A stretch of 64,000 bases of DNA from Octopus bimaculoides. Lineage: Eukaryota. Location of the stretch: NCBI RefSeq assembly GCF_001194135.2, contig NC_068989.1:70275769-70339768 (forward strand), written 5' to 3'. The stretch's first letter is position 1. Each line of letters begins with the position of its first letter. The notes beneath the pieces were generated by a model. The model was not told where the DNA came from and did not search any database. It worked only from the letters and a program-made list of their open reading frames with translations. The translations under genes and the position numbers were made by a program. Below are positions 50,089-62,596 of the stretch, in pieces.

Positions 50089-50372
50089 TCACAGCTTATT
50101 TTGTTGGGTATGATGGAAAGTGTCAGCTGTCCACAGCCAGTAGACTAAGATGGCACATGCTTCAAGAACACTGCAAAGAATTCTTGCAGTTCCAAGCAAT
50201 GCTAATTTTTGTAGGTGTTCTACCTTTGCATTTGTACCAATCTTTTTGAGCCATGATGGTAGTTGGGTGCTGATACTTCCAAGTGTGCCAGTTACTATTG
50301 ATACCATGTCTATTCTCCTCATTGAGCCCAACCTTTGTATTTCCCACTTCAAATCATCATAGTTGTTCAATC
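50089..50372 (-). mobile_element. Second R4-like non-LTR 3' terminus
   Basis: YDDLKWEIQRLGSMRRIDMVSIVTGTLG...HLQKLALLGTARIL. Confidence 0.8.
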
Positions 50373-50394
50373 GTCATATTATTATTATTACTGT

Positions 50395-51410
50395 TATTAA
50401 GGCAGCGAGCTGACAGAATCATTAGCACACCAAACAAAATGCTTAGCAGTGTTTCGTCTGTCTTTACGTTCTGAGTTCAAATTCCGCCATGGTCAACTTT
50501 GCCTTTCATCTTTCCGGGGGTCGATAAATTAAGTACCAGTTGTGTACTGGAGTCAATCTAATCAACTGCCCCCCGCCCCCACCCACAAATTTCAGGCCTT
50601 GTGCCTACAGTAGAAAGGATTATTGTTATTATTATTATCATTATTATTACTATTATTATAAAAGGCAGCAAGCTAGCAGGATTGTTAGTACACCAGGCAA
50701 AATGCTTAGCAGTATTTTTGTCTGTCGTTATGTTCTGAGTTCAAATTCTACTGAGGTCGACTTTGCATTTCGTCCTCTCAAGGTCAATTAAATAAGTACC
50801 AGTTACGCACTGAAGTTGATGTACTCAACTTAATCCCTTCCCACAGATTTGAGGCCTTGCGCTTCCAGTAGAAAGGATTATTATTATTATTATTATTATT
50901 ATTAAGGCACTGAGCTGGCAGAATCATTAATATACTACACAAGATGCTTAGCAGCATTTCATCCATCTTTACATTCTGAGTTCAAATTCCACTGAAGTTG
51001 ACTTCACCTTTTATCTTTTTGGGTTTGATAAAATAAGTACCAGTTGAACACTGGGATTGAGGTAATCGTCTAGCTTCTTTCTTCAAAATTTCAGGCCTTG
51101 TGCCTATAGTAGAAAGACTTATTATTGTTAAGGCAGTGAGTTGCTAGAATCATTATCATGCCAAACAAAATGCTTTATGAACATTTCTTCCAGATTTATG
51201 TTCTAAATTCAAATGCCACTGAAAGTTTTCCTTTCATCTATTGAGGTTGATAAAATAAGTGTCAGTTGAGCATTAGGCTCACTGTAATCAACTAGGCTCC
51301 CTCCTCCTAAAATTTCTGGCCTTGTGCCTCTCTTAGAAAAAAGTTATTACTATCATTAGTAGGTGAACTGGCAGAATCATTGATGTATCAGACAAAATGC
51401 TTAGCAGAGT
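50395..51410 (+). mobile_element. Head-to-tail array of 4 full and 1 partial SINE copies (GGCAGAATCGTTAGC family)
   Basis: Units of about 210-240 bp with TTTGCCTTTCATCCTTT...GTCGATAAATTAAGTACCAG core, separated by (TAT)n. Single copies at about 8663-8880, 10885-11110, 11630-11835, 14210-14575, 48100-48370 and 51750-52650. Confidence 0.85.
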
Positions 51411-53229
51411 AGGAAAATGTCAACCAACAGGTGAAGGTTATTAATGTTAATAAACCTGAGACAGCTAGGTATATATGAACATCATGTCTTATTGAGAATG
51501 CTGTCTAGAGATCTTGTATGTGAAAATCTTTACCACACTGGATACATATATTCTGCAGCTGAATAGCAGAGAGTCAATACTGCTATTTCATGTTTTGGAG
51601 AATTTGAAGGCCATTAATTTTTGTAGGATAATAGTCTGTGTGCTCACTTTGGCCCTTGGATTATTTGAGAGTTTCCTGAATGATACCTCAATAAAAAGAA
51701 GGTTAAGTATTTCTTTTTATCAGATTAATGCATAGAATAAATGAACATCTTTAATTATTGGTTCCAAATTTTGGCACAGGGCCAGCAATTTCATGGGAGG
51801 GTAAGTCAATTACATCTACCCTAGTACATGACTAATGCTTATTTTATTGATCCTGAATGGATAAAAGGCAAAGTCAACCTCAGTAGAATTTGAACTCAGA
51901 ACATAGGGATGGACGAAATGCCGCTAAACATTTTGCCTGACATGCTAATAATTCTGTCAACTCACTGCCTTAATATCTTTGATTATTACATACAATCTAA
52001 GGTGGCAAGCTGGCAGAATTGTTAACACTTTCATGAAATGATTAGTGGCATTTCATTCAGCTCTTTACATTCTGAGTTCAAATTCTGCCAAAGTCAACTT
52101 TGCCTTTCATCCTTTACAGAGTCAATAAGATAAGTACCTTTTGAGCACTGAGCTCAATGTAATCAACCATCATTGCTCCTTAAAACTGTTGACCTTGTGC
52201 AAAATTTGAAATCATTTATTACATACAGTTCATTATGTTTCATATTTCTTCTAAATTTATATTGACATCAATATGTTTAAAAGACATACAATCTACTTAA
52301 CAGTCTGCACTGATTTTTAACCTCATGTATCATCTGTTCTTCTCACATATCTTTACCAATACAGTCTGTTTTCTTATCTACACCAGCCAGATCAAAGTCC
52401 TTAGAAAACTTGGCATGATCTCTTTATTAATCTTAAAATTAATGGTTTTGAAAGGCAACTTGTTAATATTGATTTCAAATTTTAGCACAAGGCTAGCAAT
52501 TTCGTAGGAGTAAGTCAATTACTTCAACCCCGGAGTTCAACTGGTACTCATTTTATCAACCCAAAAATGATGAAAGACAAAGTTAACCTTGATGGAATTT
52601 GAACTCAGAATGTAAAAACAAACAAAATGCCATTAAGCATTTTGCTAAAAAGCCTGTTTATATTGAATTAATAATTTGTGAAATATTAGTAATATAATTT
52701 AATAATGTCAATTTTTTCATGAGTAATTTGAACCATAAGTAATTTATTATGTTGTTAAAGAGATAAAAGATGAAGTAAGGGATGACACAAGTCAATGAAC
52801 TTGACATGCAAAATTAACAACCAAATTTCTTTCAAATGACACACTTTCATTTAAAAAGAAAGAGGAAAAGTATATTGGATAAGATGGGTTGGTCAAGACT
52901 AGTATGTCTATGAGCATTGATCAGTTCATTCAGTATTCTTCTGTGACATATGGATGACATCAAACCAATGCTGCTTTGCATAGCTGTGGCATTGTTTACA
53001 TATATCTGGAGAACTGACTGAAATCCAGAACAGATAGAAATTAGTAGAGTCTCTCCAAAATAAGAAAACTGGTTTTAAATTTTGGCACAAGGCTAGCAAT
53101 TTCGAGGGAAGGGGGATAGTAAGTTATATCGACCCCAGTATTCAACTGGTACTTATTTTATCAACCCTGGAAGCATGAAAGGCAAACTCAAGCTTGGTGA
53201 AATTTGAACTCAAAATGTAAAGATGGATG

Positions 53230-53710
53230 AAAATATTCAGGTGTGCAAATGTTGCATCCACTTTTTCACAGCCATTTTCACCTCATCAGTGTCATGAAAT
53301 CTTTGACCCTGAAGACTGGAAGCTGGAGTGCACAAGTTCCAGGCTGTACAGTGGATAGTGATCCACTCACTGACCAACCCAATTAGCTGATTAGCTGATT
53401 TATTGCCAAAGATGTGTGGATTATTTTCAAATTTTCATCTGGTCTCTTCTAAGGAACTTCTCTCGTCTTTTTCAGTGTCTCAATGTACCACTCCAGAAAA
53501 TCAAGAAGAATGACATATTTGTCATTCCCCGCAAAAAAGTCATCATGCCTTTCTGTTTCAATAACTGATGCTTGAACTTCTAAGACCTTGGAGTAGACCT
53601 TCGTCTTTGGATCATAAAAATACACACATTTCATCTTGTCACCAGATCAGAAAAATAATGTATCTTCATTGACTTCAAATGCTTCCAACAGAACACACCA
53701 GAATTTCACT
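53230..53710 (-). mobile_element. Second mariner transposase relic
   Basis: GDKMKCVYFYDPKTK (GDE..YDP-like), YIETLKK and GQRFHDTDEVKMAVKKW segments. Confidence 0.7.
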
Positions 53711-53754
53711 CTCCTCTTTTTTTTTAAATCAGATATCATCTGCATTTGAGAACA

Positions 53755-54125
53755 TTCAGCAAAAACGACTGGATTTGTGGAGTGCAAAGAATTAGATTCT
53801 TCATGACAACAATGCACCCTGTCACCAAGTTCTCCTCACTCATGAATTTCTCACCAAAATCAACATGGTATTGCTTCCACATCCACCTTATTCGCCAGAT
53901 TTAGCACCTGCAGACTTCCATCTCTTCCCCAAGATGAAAATGCAGCTCAATGGTGACTATTTAACACTATTGTCAAAATCCAGAGTGAATCACAGAAGGT
54001 CCTCAACTCACTTACACAAAATGACTTCCAGGCTAGATTCCAAAAGTGGCAGGAATGTTAGAACCGGTGTATTGCTGTGCAAGGTGACTTTTTTGAAGAA
54101 GATCATGTTAAAACATCAATTGATA
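53755..54125 (+). mobile_element. Mariner transposase C-terminal relic (same family as 28.4-29.3 kb)
   Basis: ILHDNNAPCH...[22 protein letters not shown]...FQKWQEC*NRCIAVQGDFFEED. Confidence 0.88.
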
Positions 54126-54266
54126 ATGATTTTCTAAACTTGTAAAGTAATTAATATTTCTTGCTAACATCAGTCTCACAAGAATCTCCACCACTTATCA
54201 GCCTTACTATGTTTCTCTTGCTTTCTGACTCTGTCTCCTAGAGGTGTGCTGAACCATTCTCTAGAT

Positions 54267-54535
54267 CAGTGGTTCTTAACCTTTTTACTACCCCACCTCC
54301 CCTAGCAATTTGTCCTTCTCTCCATGTCCCCCTTGCATCTATAAAATTCCCTCCCAGATTTTAAATAAAATCTAGAATATGCTTTTTGCCTTTTTCCTGA
54401 ATGTGAATTAGACACATTATACAAAATATGTATAATTTTATATATATAATCACATTATACAAAAAGTGAGATACTTGACACTGCTTCTGAGCAAAAAAAA
54501 GTTTGCTTTTTTTATTGAATATGAATTAGTCGCAT
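54267..54535 (+). mobile_element. hAT/Charlie-like transposon left end
   Basis: CAGTGGTTCTTAACCTTTTT terminus preceded by CTCTAGAT (nTCTAGAn target consensus); partner end not found. Confidence 0.6.
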
Positions 54536-54537
54536 TA

Positions 54538-55957
54538 TTAGTGAGATACCAGGAGACCGAAATGATGCAGCAAATCAGCTCCTAAGATAGGGGTCAGCAG
54601 TTTAGCAATGACAAATACCCACTGGAAGGTGTGGCAAAGTCCTAAGTTCAGCGTTAGGGACTGTTCACCATAGGTTGGAATCGGTGAGTGGTTGACTGCC
54701 TGAAGACAGACTGGTGTCTCTTTTCTTTTGCCTGAAGTGCTGGAAACAGTAATTATGCTGACTTCCATGCTGGTGTCAACAAGGAAACATGTGCCTGTTA
54801 TGCAATCACAAATGAAAAACAGGCGACTTTGTGGAACTTCCATCGCGTTTAATTCCTGGTTGTTGTTTCCCAAACTGGATGCTGAAAACGAGCATGGGAT
54901 CATGCATTTCTGTACCCATGTTCCGAACTTTCGGTGGTACCAACATGTTTCATGCAAGTTGCAGGTGGCACTTGGGCTTCAGGACCATCTACCAAATCGA
55001 TGCAATTGGCTGTTACTTCGACGCAGTGTACCAAGCGATAGGGCCTGTATCTGCGCTGCCTACTGCGTCATCAGTGGGCACAAGTTCAAAATTTCGGAAG
55101 TACTGGTCGCGGAAAGGAAAGGATTTGTAAGGGGAACAGCTGGCATCACTGTCGATACCGTTGAATATCTATGTGGTACCTCAGCTATTTTTAGTCAGCT
55201 AGCTCTGCTAGTTCCTCAATGGAAGTGGATTCTCGCATGGAAGCTAGGACCACCTGTGTCTTGGCGGACAGACACTGGAGAAAAAGCTGCTTAAAAATCT
55301 TTTCAGAGAGGATCTCATCTCCAAGAAGCTGCTTCATTCATTGTAGAAGCTGGGAAGGCATTCTATCACCCAATTCTTCCAATGTAAGGAGCTAGTGGAG
55401 TCGCTTTTGTTGGGACTCTGAAGTTCTGTTGATTAGGATAGTTTTGAAAGTGTCATATGACACTGAACCAGGTGGTGCCATAATGAGATCACAGACCACG
55501 TTCATGATCACTGGTGATAGGGAACCAATCACATGCGTAAGTCGAGACGCATCGCTCATTATTCGGTTGGAAGAAAACTGGGCCTCTATATGGTGAAACC
55601 ATAATGCAGGGTCGTGCGTCCAAAACGGCGGAATCCTTAACGTAATCGCCGCCTGGAATGCCATGTTGACCGTGGATGTGTTTGCCGCTGGGTCGTGTTC
55701 TGGGAGGGCCATTATGTGCCAATTAATCGCAGGAATTTTCCAGTTCTAATTCATTGCCGGGTGATGTGAAGGCTGTGATTCTTTGATGGAGTCACCGAAT
55801 GTAGTGGAAAGGTGTATCAAAAGATGTTGAGGTAACAGATACAATAGGCATGTGGATGCCTTCAAAGTAAACAATGGAATAACATCGGTCTGTAGTTTAA
55901 ATAATTTATTTAAACGGTGCTTTCATTTGCTTGTGGTATACACAAATTTTCACTACA
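54538..55957 (-). mobile_element. Truncated Ty3/Gypsy LTR retrotransposon (5' LTR, PBS, gag, protease; degraded)
   Basis: LTR 55800-55957 is bounded by TGTAGTG...CACTACA and contains AATAAA on -. A PBS-like TCGGTGACTCC follows it. Gag LRIPPFWTHDPALWFHHIEAQF (55712-55392), CWYHRKFG...C motif and protease FLVDTS...ILGADLL (54957-54538). No RT/IN or 3' LTR. Confidence 0.9.
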
Positions 55958-56466
55958 TCAATTCGTTGCCAACTGCTTCGAGCTGGCAAAGAAATCAACA
56001 GGATACATCTGTGGATATGATAGGGTAGAACTGTATATGTTTTGTGTCTGTGTGTGCGTTGGTCATTCATGTTGAATATCTCGTGGCGCATCTCTGGCTT
56101 GACTGTCTGTCCCTTTAACCATTACTGTATTTATAACAAGTCGTGGCAGCTAGAAGGACAGACATACCACAGGAGAAATTGTACCTAAATAGGTCAACTC
56201 CTGTCCATTTGAACTTCACCTGACATGGCTGAGGTCGGAGGTCAAAGGGAAACGATCCATCATCTTTTGACAGGACAAAGAAATTTCTTTCGCATCTGTG
56301 GTGGATCAGACGATGTGGGTCCTTAGATTCGGTTTCGAATCTAAGCTCAGAGAAAGGAAGTTTTAGTTTTTTATAAGCCAAACTGTGAACATGCTTGCTA
56401 CAGTTTCGTTAATAGAGTACAACGTGCAAGAGTATGCGGCAACCTATTAACTCAGCCATCTACATT

Positions 56467-56848
56467 TACTCTTTTACTTGTTTCAGTCATTTGACTGCGG
56501 CCATGCTGGAGCACCGCCTTTAGTCGAGCAAATCGACCCCAGGACTTATTCTTTGGAAGCCGAGTACTTATTCTATCGGTCTCTTTTCCAGAACCGCTAA
56601 GTTACGGGGACGTAAATACACCAGCATCCGTTGTCAAGCGATGTTGGGGGGACAAACACAGACACACACACACATACATATATACGACGGGCTTCTTTCA
56701 GTTTCCCTCTACCAAATCCACTCACAAGGCTTTGGTCAGCCCGAAACTATAGTAGAAGACACTTGCCCAAGGTGCCACGCAGTGGGACTGAACCCGGAAC
56801 CATGTGGTTGGTAAGCAAGCTACTTACCACACAGCCACACCTGCGCCT
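56467..56848 (-). mobile_element. SINE, same family as 20199
   Basis: Full-length reverse complement upstream of DIS3. Confidence 0.88.
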
Positions 56849-57444
56849 TTTTTAAAATTTTTTTGCGCATATATATTAGATATATAAACTGTGGAAATAG
56901 TTTACGAATAAACCATTAGCTTTCCAGTGCAACAAACAAGGCGTCAGTCTACTAGACGAAAGGTCGAAGGTTCATATTTTGTCGACAAAATCTAAAACAA
57001 AATCACTGAACTTCAAAGACCCATCAACTTACGCATAATTAGTACGAATATGAGATATAAGTCACTGCGGTAAACAGTAGAAACTCCGCGTAAGAGACAA
57101 GTGTTTTGTTAAATTTAAGTGTTGAGCTCAAACTTCTCCATTGTAAAAATATGCACAAGATCAGTGCCCGAGACAAAGCGAAAAAGTAATACAGACAAGG
57201 TGTTCGAAAAATAAGTTAATTTTGTAAACCGGTGATGTATTTCAAAAAAGTTCCTAATGAATTTAATACTTAAATATATTAAGATTGAGTTACATTACCA
57301 AAGAAAGAAAAATAAGTATTAACCAGATTCTGGTTGTTATATTTCTTCTAAATTCTACGATTAATAATACTGTTACAGAATTTTACTATATTATTAATTA
57401 AAAATAAAATTAAAATGACCCAAACGGAAATATTATTGTTAGTA

Positions 57445-57452
57445 CCGGAAGT
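57445..57452 (+). promoter_or_regulatory. ETS/GABP-type motif CCGGAAGT in the DIS3 promoter region
   Basis: Exact consensus about 105 nt upstream of the DIS3 ATG, in CpG-retaining sequence. Confidence 0.45.
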
Positions 57453-57557
57453 TGACGGTGCAATCTCAAATTCACCTTATTACATTACTAACGTGCGCGA
57501 TTGTACACATGTTTAATCCTTTATTGATTTACATTTAGTAATGGTAATAGGTTCATA

Positions 57558-57782
57558 ATGCTCACTACAAAAACATTTTTCAAGAAAAATAGGAAGGGAG
57601 GTGTGATGAAGATAAATCGGGAACATTATCTTCGAGATGACATCTCCTGTGGATCCGAGATCTGTGATCTATGTGCTTGTATGGGTGGAAGTACTCCGCT
57701 TGATACTAAGAGTTCCATTCCAACCACGATTGTGAAAGGCTGTTATTATCTTATTCCCGATACAAATATTATAATGCATCAG
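57558..57782 (+). CDS. DIS3: DIS3 exon 1
   Basis: MLTTKTFFKKNRKGGVMKINREHYLRDDISCG...YYLIPDTNIIMHQ|gtaaag. Confidence 0.96.
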
Positions 57783-58797
57783 GTAAAGTGAAGCAGTTTA
57801 TTTATTTGTGGATATTCTGTAACATTTTTCTTTTTAACTGGATTTTCTTTTAAAATTTAAGAAAACGAAATCTTTCAAACTCCAGTTGTTGTTGATGTTG
57901 GTTATTTACTGATGTGGATGCGCAATGGCCCAGTGGTTAGGGCAGCGGACTCGCGGTTTCGATTCCCAGACCGGGCGTTGTGAGTGTTTATTGAGCGAAA
58001 ACACCTAAAAGCTCCACGAGGCTCCGGCAGGGGATGGTGGCGAACCCTGTTGTACTCTTTCACCACAACTTTCTCTCACTCCCACTTCCTGTTTCTGTTG
58101 TGCCTGTAATTCAAAGGGTCAGCCTTGTCACGCTGAATCTCCCCGAGAACTACGTTAAGGGTACACGTGTCTGTGGATTGCTCAGCCACTTGCACGTTAA
58201 TTTCACGAGCAGGCTGTTCCGTTGATCGGATCAACTGGAACCCTCGACGTCGTAAGCGACGGAGTGCCAACAACAACAACATTTACTGGTCAACCTTGAT
58301 CTAACAGATGTATGACCACTCCGTCACTTTAGACTTTCCAGGACTAATGTGACCCTTAAAAAAAACAAGAACAGTGAGTGTAATTTGTGAAAGATTTGAC
58401 TGCTATTTTTACCAACCCAAATCGCCAAGTAGAGTGTTTTCTTGTTTAGACGTTCTGAGACCCGGCGCGTTACAAAGAATCATCTTTGCTTTTAATCCTT
58501 TGGGGCCGATAAAATAAAGTACCAGTCAAGTACTAAGGTCGATGATATCCACTAACCCTTTCCCCTCAAAATCGTTAGCCTTCTCTGTATCTTTTACTTG
58601 CTTCACTCATTAGACCGTGGTCATGCTGGGGCATCGCCTTGAAGACCTTTTAATCGGATGAATCGACCCCAGTACATATTTTTTTAAAGCCTGGTACTTA
58701 TTCTATCGCTTCTTTTGCCGAACTACTATGTTGCAAGGACGTAAACACACCGACACCGGTTGTCAAGCTGTGGTGTGAGACAAACACAGACACAGAG

Positions 58798-58854
<57 letters not shown>

Positions 58855-61800
58855 NNNNNNNNNNNNNNNNNNNNNNNNNNNNNNNNNNNNNNNNNNNNNN
58901 NNNNNNNNNNNNNNNNNNNNNNNNNNNNNNNNNNNNNNNNNNNNNNNNNNNNNNNNNNNNNNNNNNNNNNNNNNNNNNNNNNNNNNNNNNNNNNNNNNNN
59001 NNNNNNNNNNNNNNNNNNNNNNNNNNNNNNNNNNNNNNNNNNNNNNNNNNNNNNNNNNNNNNNNNNNNNNNNNNNNNNNNNNNNNNNNNNNNNNNNNNNN
59101 NNNNNNNNNNNNNNNNNNNNNNNNNNNNNNNNNNNNNNNNNNNNNNNNNNNNNNNNNNNNNNNNNNNNNNNNNNNNNNNNNNNNNNNNNNNNNNNNNNNN
59201 NNNNNNNNNNNNNNNNNNNNNNNNNNNNNNNNNNNNNNNNNNNNNNNNNNNNNNNNNNNNNNNNNNNNNNNNNNNNNNNNNNNNNNNNNNNNNNNNNNNN
59301 NNNNNNNNNNNNNNNNNNNNNNNNNNNNNNNNNNNNNNNNNNNNNNNNNNNNNNNNNNNNNNNNNNNNNNNNNNNNNNNNNNNNNNNNNNNNNNNNNNNN
59401 NNNNNNNNNNNNNNNNNNNNNNNNNNNATTTACATGCTAGAAATAACAGCCAAATCTCACAAAACTGCGATTACATAAAGCAAGAAATGTGTAATCAATC
59501 TACTCACCTTTCTGCAGAGATTTCTTTCAGAGTAATTTCTTGCAGTAATATGAAATTAGAGTTTTTTTTTGTTGAACAATGTAATTTTATATACTCTTAA
59601 AAAGACTGAAGAGTCACAGCTTGAATACCTCTGATCATAGGTTTTGATTCTAAAATAACTGACAAGTTATCTTTCACCATCCATCTTCCATGCTGGCATA
59701 TGTTGACTGGTTTGACTGGATCCAGTGGGTCCAATGACTGCATTGAGTGGAGAGCATGTGTGTGTGGCACCAGCACTAGTGAGTTGCCATGCAGCTTGCA
59801 AAACTACACTACAATCCCCTTCAAATGAATGGGGTTACAGTAGAGGAAGGTGGCTTTATTCTAGGAGATGAGAAGTTAGTATCAGAGAAGGGGTTAGAAC
59901 AGAACAGGTTTCTTGCTGTAGAAGAGTTACATGGCTACTCATATTATAGAAGATTGGGTGAGAGTAACTGCTGTGGAGCTGTAAAGAGAGATAATAAAAT
60001 GGTGGTGAGGAAATGTCAGAGTGAACTGTGAAAATAGAAGGTGAATTGAGGTGAGTAGTGACAGAAGAACAGTGAGTGAGATTGTGGAGAGTCAGTGAAG
60101 GGGAAAATGTAATGAAGAACAGTGATTGATAAATTGACAAAGAGAAGAATAGATGACTATAAAGATTGGGTGGAAGTAGTGAATGGTGGAGAGGTAGTCG
60201 ATGATATGAGGGAAAGAAGGGAATAGTAGACAGAGGTGGGGTTAAGAAGTAGCAGAATAGTAATAATAAAATGGTGGTGAGGAAATGTCAGAGTGAATTG
60301 AGGTGAGTAGTGACAGAAGAACAGTGAGTGAGATTGTGGAGAGTCAGTGAAGGGGAAAATGTAATGAAGAACAGTGATTGATAAATTGACAAAGAGAAGA
60401 ATAGATGACTATAAAGATTGGGTGGAAGTAGTGAATGGTGGAGAGGTAGTCAATGATATGAGGGAAAGAAGGGAATAGTAGACAGAGGTGGGGTTAAGAA
60501 GTAGCAGAATAGTAATATAGTAGGCTGAAGAAGGATGAGTGAGATGGGAATGATGTGTAAATGAGTATGTTGTTCAGAAATGAGGCAGATATAGTGCTGG
60601 AGAGAATAAGAGATGTAAGGTAATTTGGTAGCACAGAAGGGTAATCTGTGTAAAATATGAGAGGAGAGTAACAATATTAAAAATTAAAGGTGGATTATGA
60701 GTGAAGAGATTATATATTTGTTTTGCTTTTATTTTCTAGTTGGATATCCTTGAAGATCCCACGATTAAAAATGTTATAATTCTCCAAACAGTTTTGCAAG
60801 AGGTAATTGTTTGTTTTTTTTTATTTTGCCAAAAAAGCAAATCATTTTATATTTTGTCTTCAGTGTTTTATGTTCACTTTTCCATACTAATAGAAACTGA
60901 ATGATTTTGAAAATATAAAGTTACATATGTGAGATCTTGTATTAGGTCTTCTGAGTAGAAAGGATTTCTTAGACTTAGTAATAAATATATATATACATTA
61001 TAAGATACTATTAACCCTTTAGTATTCAGATTACTCTGTTGAATGTAATCCTTATTTACTCACATTGTTTAGAATTAATCATGCATTATCTCATAGCTTT
61101 GAGATTTTGATAATGTGATTGTATATTTGTACTATGATATTATAGGGTAGGTGTGAGAAGCTGGATCTGGTTGGTTTAAACATGAAACAGCCAGGACATT
61201 TTGGCCAGATATAGCCGGTTTAAATGCTAAAGGGTCTGTCTTATCTTTTGAGTGTATATTTACTACATTTCTAGATGAGTTCATATTGATGTCTGTTTTT
61301 CAGAGGAAACAGCCATCAATAAAAGAACTTCACTTTTTTAATCAATCTCAACATGTTCCAGATTGATCTCTGATCATCAACAGATATCTCATTTCTGGAT
61401 GTGTATGTAGGTCTCCAGACTGGATTTACACCAAGAACATTTCGTTTGTAAATTAAGGGTAATAATGTCATTATCCACTAGTCCACTAGGGTATATATAA
61501 ACTGTGACATCCAATTAATATGCCACTGACCACATTGGGATCAGAGCCAACCTTGGTACAGCCATTGTATTAGAACACTGACTAAGACACAGTATTTTGT
61601 TTGTCTTGGTCTAACTGGTTTCCCTTTTATAGTTCAAGGTTTAGCATTTATCAGACCCACCGCGTGGCACCTTCGGCAACTGTCTTCTGTTATAGCCTTG
61701 GGTCAACCAAAGCCTTATGATTGAATTAGGTAGTAGGGGGGGGGGTGTTCCTGTCGTGTGTATGCATGTGTGTGAAGTTGCTTGTGCCTCCTAAGGGATA

Positions 61801-62596
61801 GGAGGGAAAGGGCAGCCAACTACAAAAGCTGTTCATGTACAAATATCAAGCTTTGAAGAACCATATCACCCAAGCTTGTATATAAAAATTGGCTTTAGTC
61901 AGCCCAGAACTATGGTGGAAACCACTTGCCCAAGGTGCCATGCAGTGGGACTGAACTGAAAACCATGAGATTGGAAAGTACCTCACAGTCATTTGACTGT
62001 GGCCATACTGGGGCACATACTGTAGTGTGTTAGTTGAAGAAATCAACCCCTGGACTTATTTTATTTTAAGCCTAGTACTTATTCTATTGGTCTCTTTTGT
62101 TGAACCACTAAGTTATGTGGACATAAACACACTAACACCAGTTGTCAAGAGGTGATGGGGGTCACACACAAGCACAAAAACACACTCATATAGATATATA
62201 TGATGGGTTTCTTTCAGTTTCTGTCTGCCAAATCAACTCACAAGGCTTTGGTTGGCCTGAGGCTTTAGTAGAAAACACCTCCCCAAGGTGCTATGCAGTG
62301 AGACTGAACCTGGAACCATGTGGTTGGGAAGAAAGCTTCTTACCACACAGCCATGTTTATGCCTATTATAAAATCAATAAAAATCCACACTATTTATGCT
62401 TAGTTCATAAATTAACATTAGGAGTCCTTAATTTATCAAATACTTCCATTTACAAACGCAGGTTAACTGAAGGCATTAATATTTGTATTTTCTCTTCACA
62501 GGTAAAGAACCGCAACATCGCAGCTTATAAACGACTCCAAGACTTAATAAGCCATCCAGATAAACATTTCTATATTTTTTCAAATGAATTTCATCA
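57558..62596 (+). CDS. DIS3: Exosome complex exonuclease RRP44/DIS3, 5' part (PIN domain); gene runs off window
   Basis: Exons 57558-57782, 60740-60802 and 62502-62596, all GT-AG and in phase. CR3 motif REHYLRDDISCGSEICDLC and PIN motifs PDTN, QTVLQEV and FYIFSNEFH are present. Confidence 0.95.
57914..58280 (+). mobile_element. tRNA-derived SINE in DIS3 intron 1
   Basis: Near-identical to 1053-1396. Confidence 0.88.
59991..60514 (+). repeat. Direct tandem duplication (272 + 252 bp), purine-rich
   Basis: Copy 2 lacks CTGTGAAAATAGAAGGTGAA (20 nt) and has 1 substitution. Confidence 0.93.
60740..60802 (+). CDS. DIS3: DIS3 exon 2
   Basis: ttctag| LDILEDPTIKNVIILQTVLQE |gtaatt. Confidence 0.95.
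62502..62596 (+). CDS. DIS3: DIS3 exon 3
   Basis: ttcacag| VKNRNIAAYKRLQDLISHPDKHFYIFSNEFH |gtaagt. Confidence 0.95.

Noticed and set aside
51490-51750. Pseudogene-looking frame (LYHTGYIYS...HFGPWII)
   Set aside because: Stop density is what random AT-rich DNA would give; no recognisable family
54728-55294. 188-aa plus-strand ORF
   Set aside because: Antisense to the degraded Gypsy gag/protease, with no independent protein features
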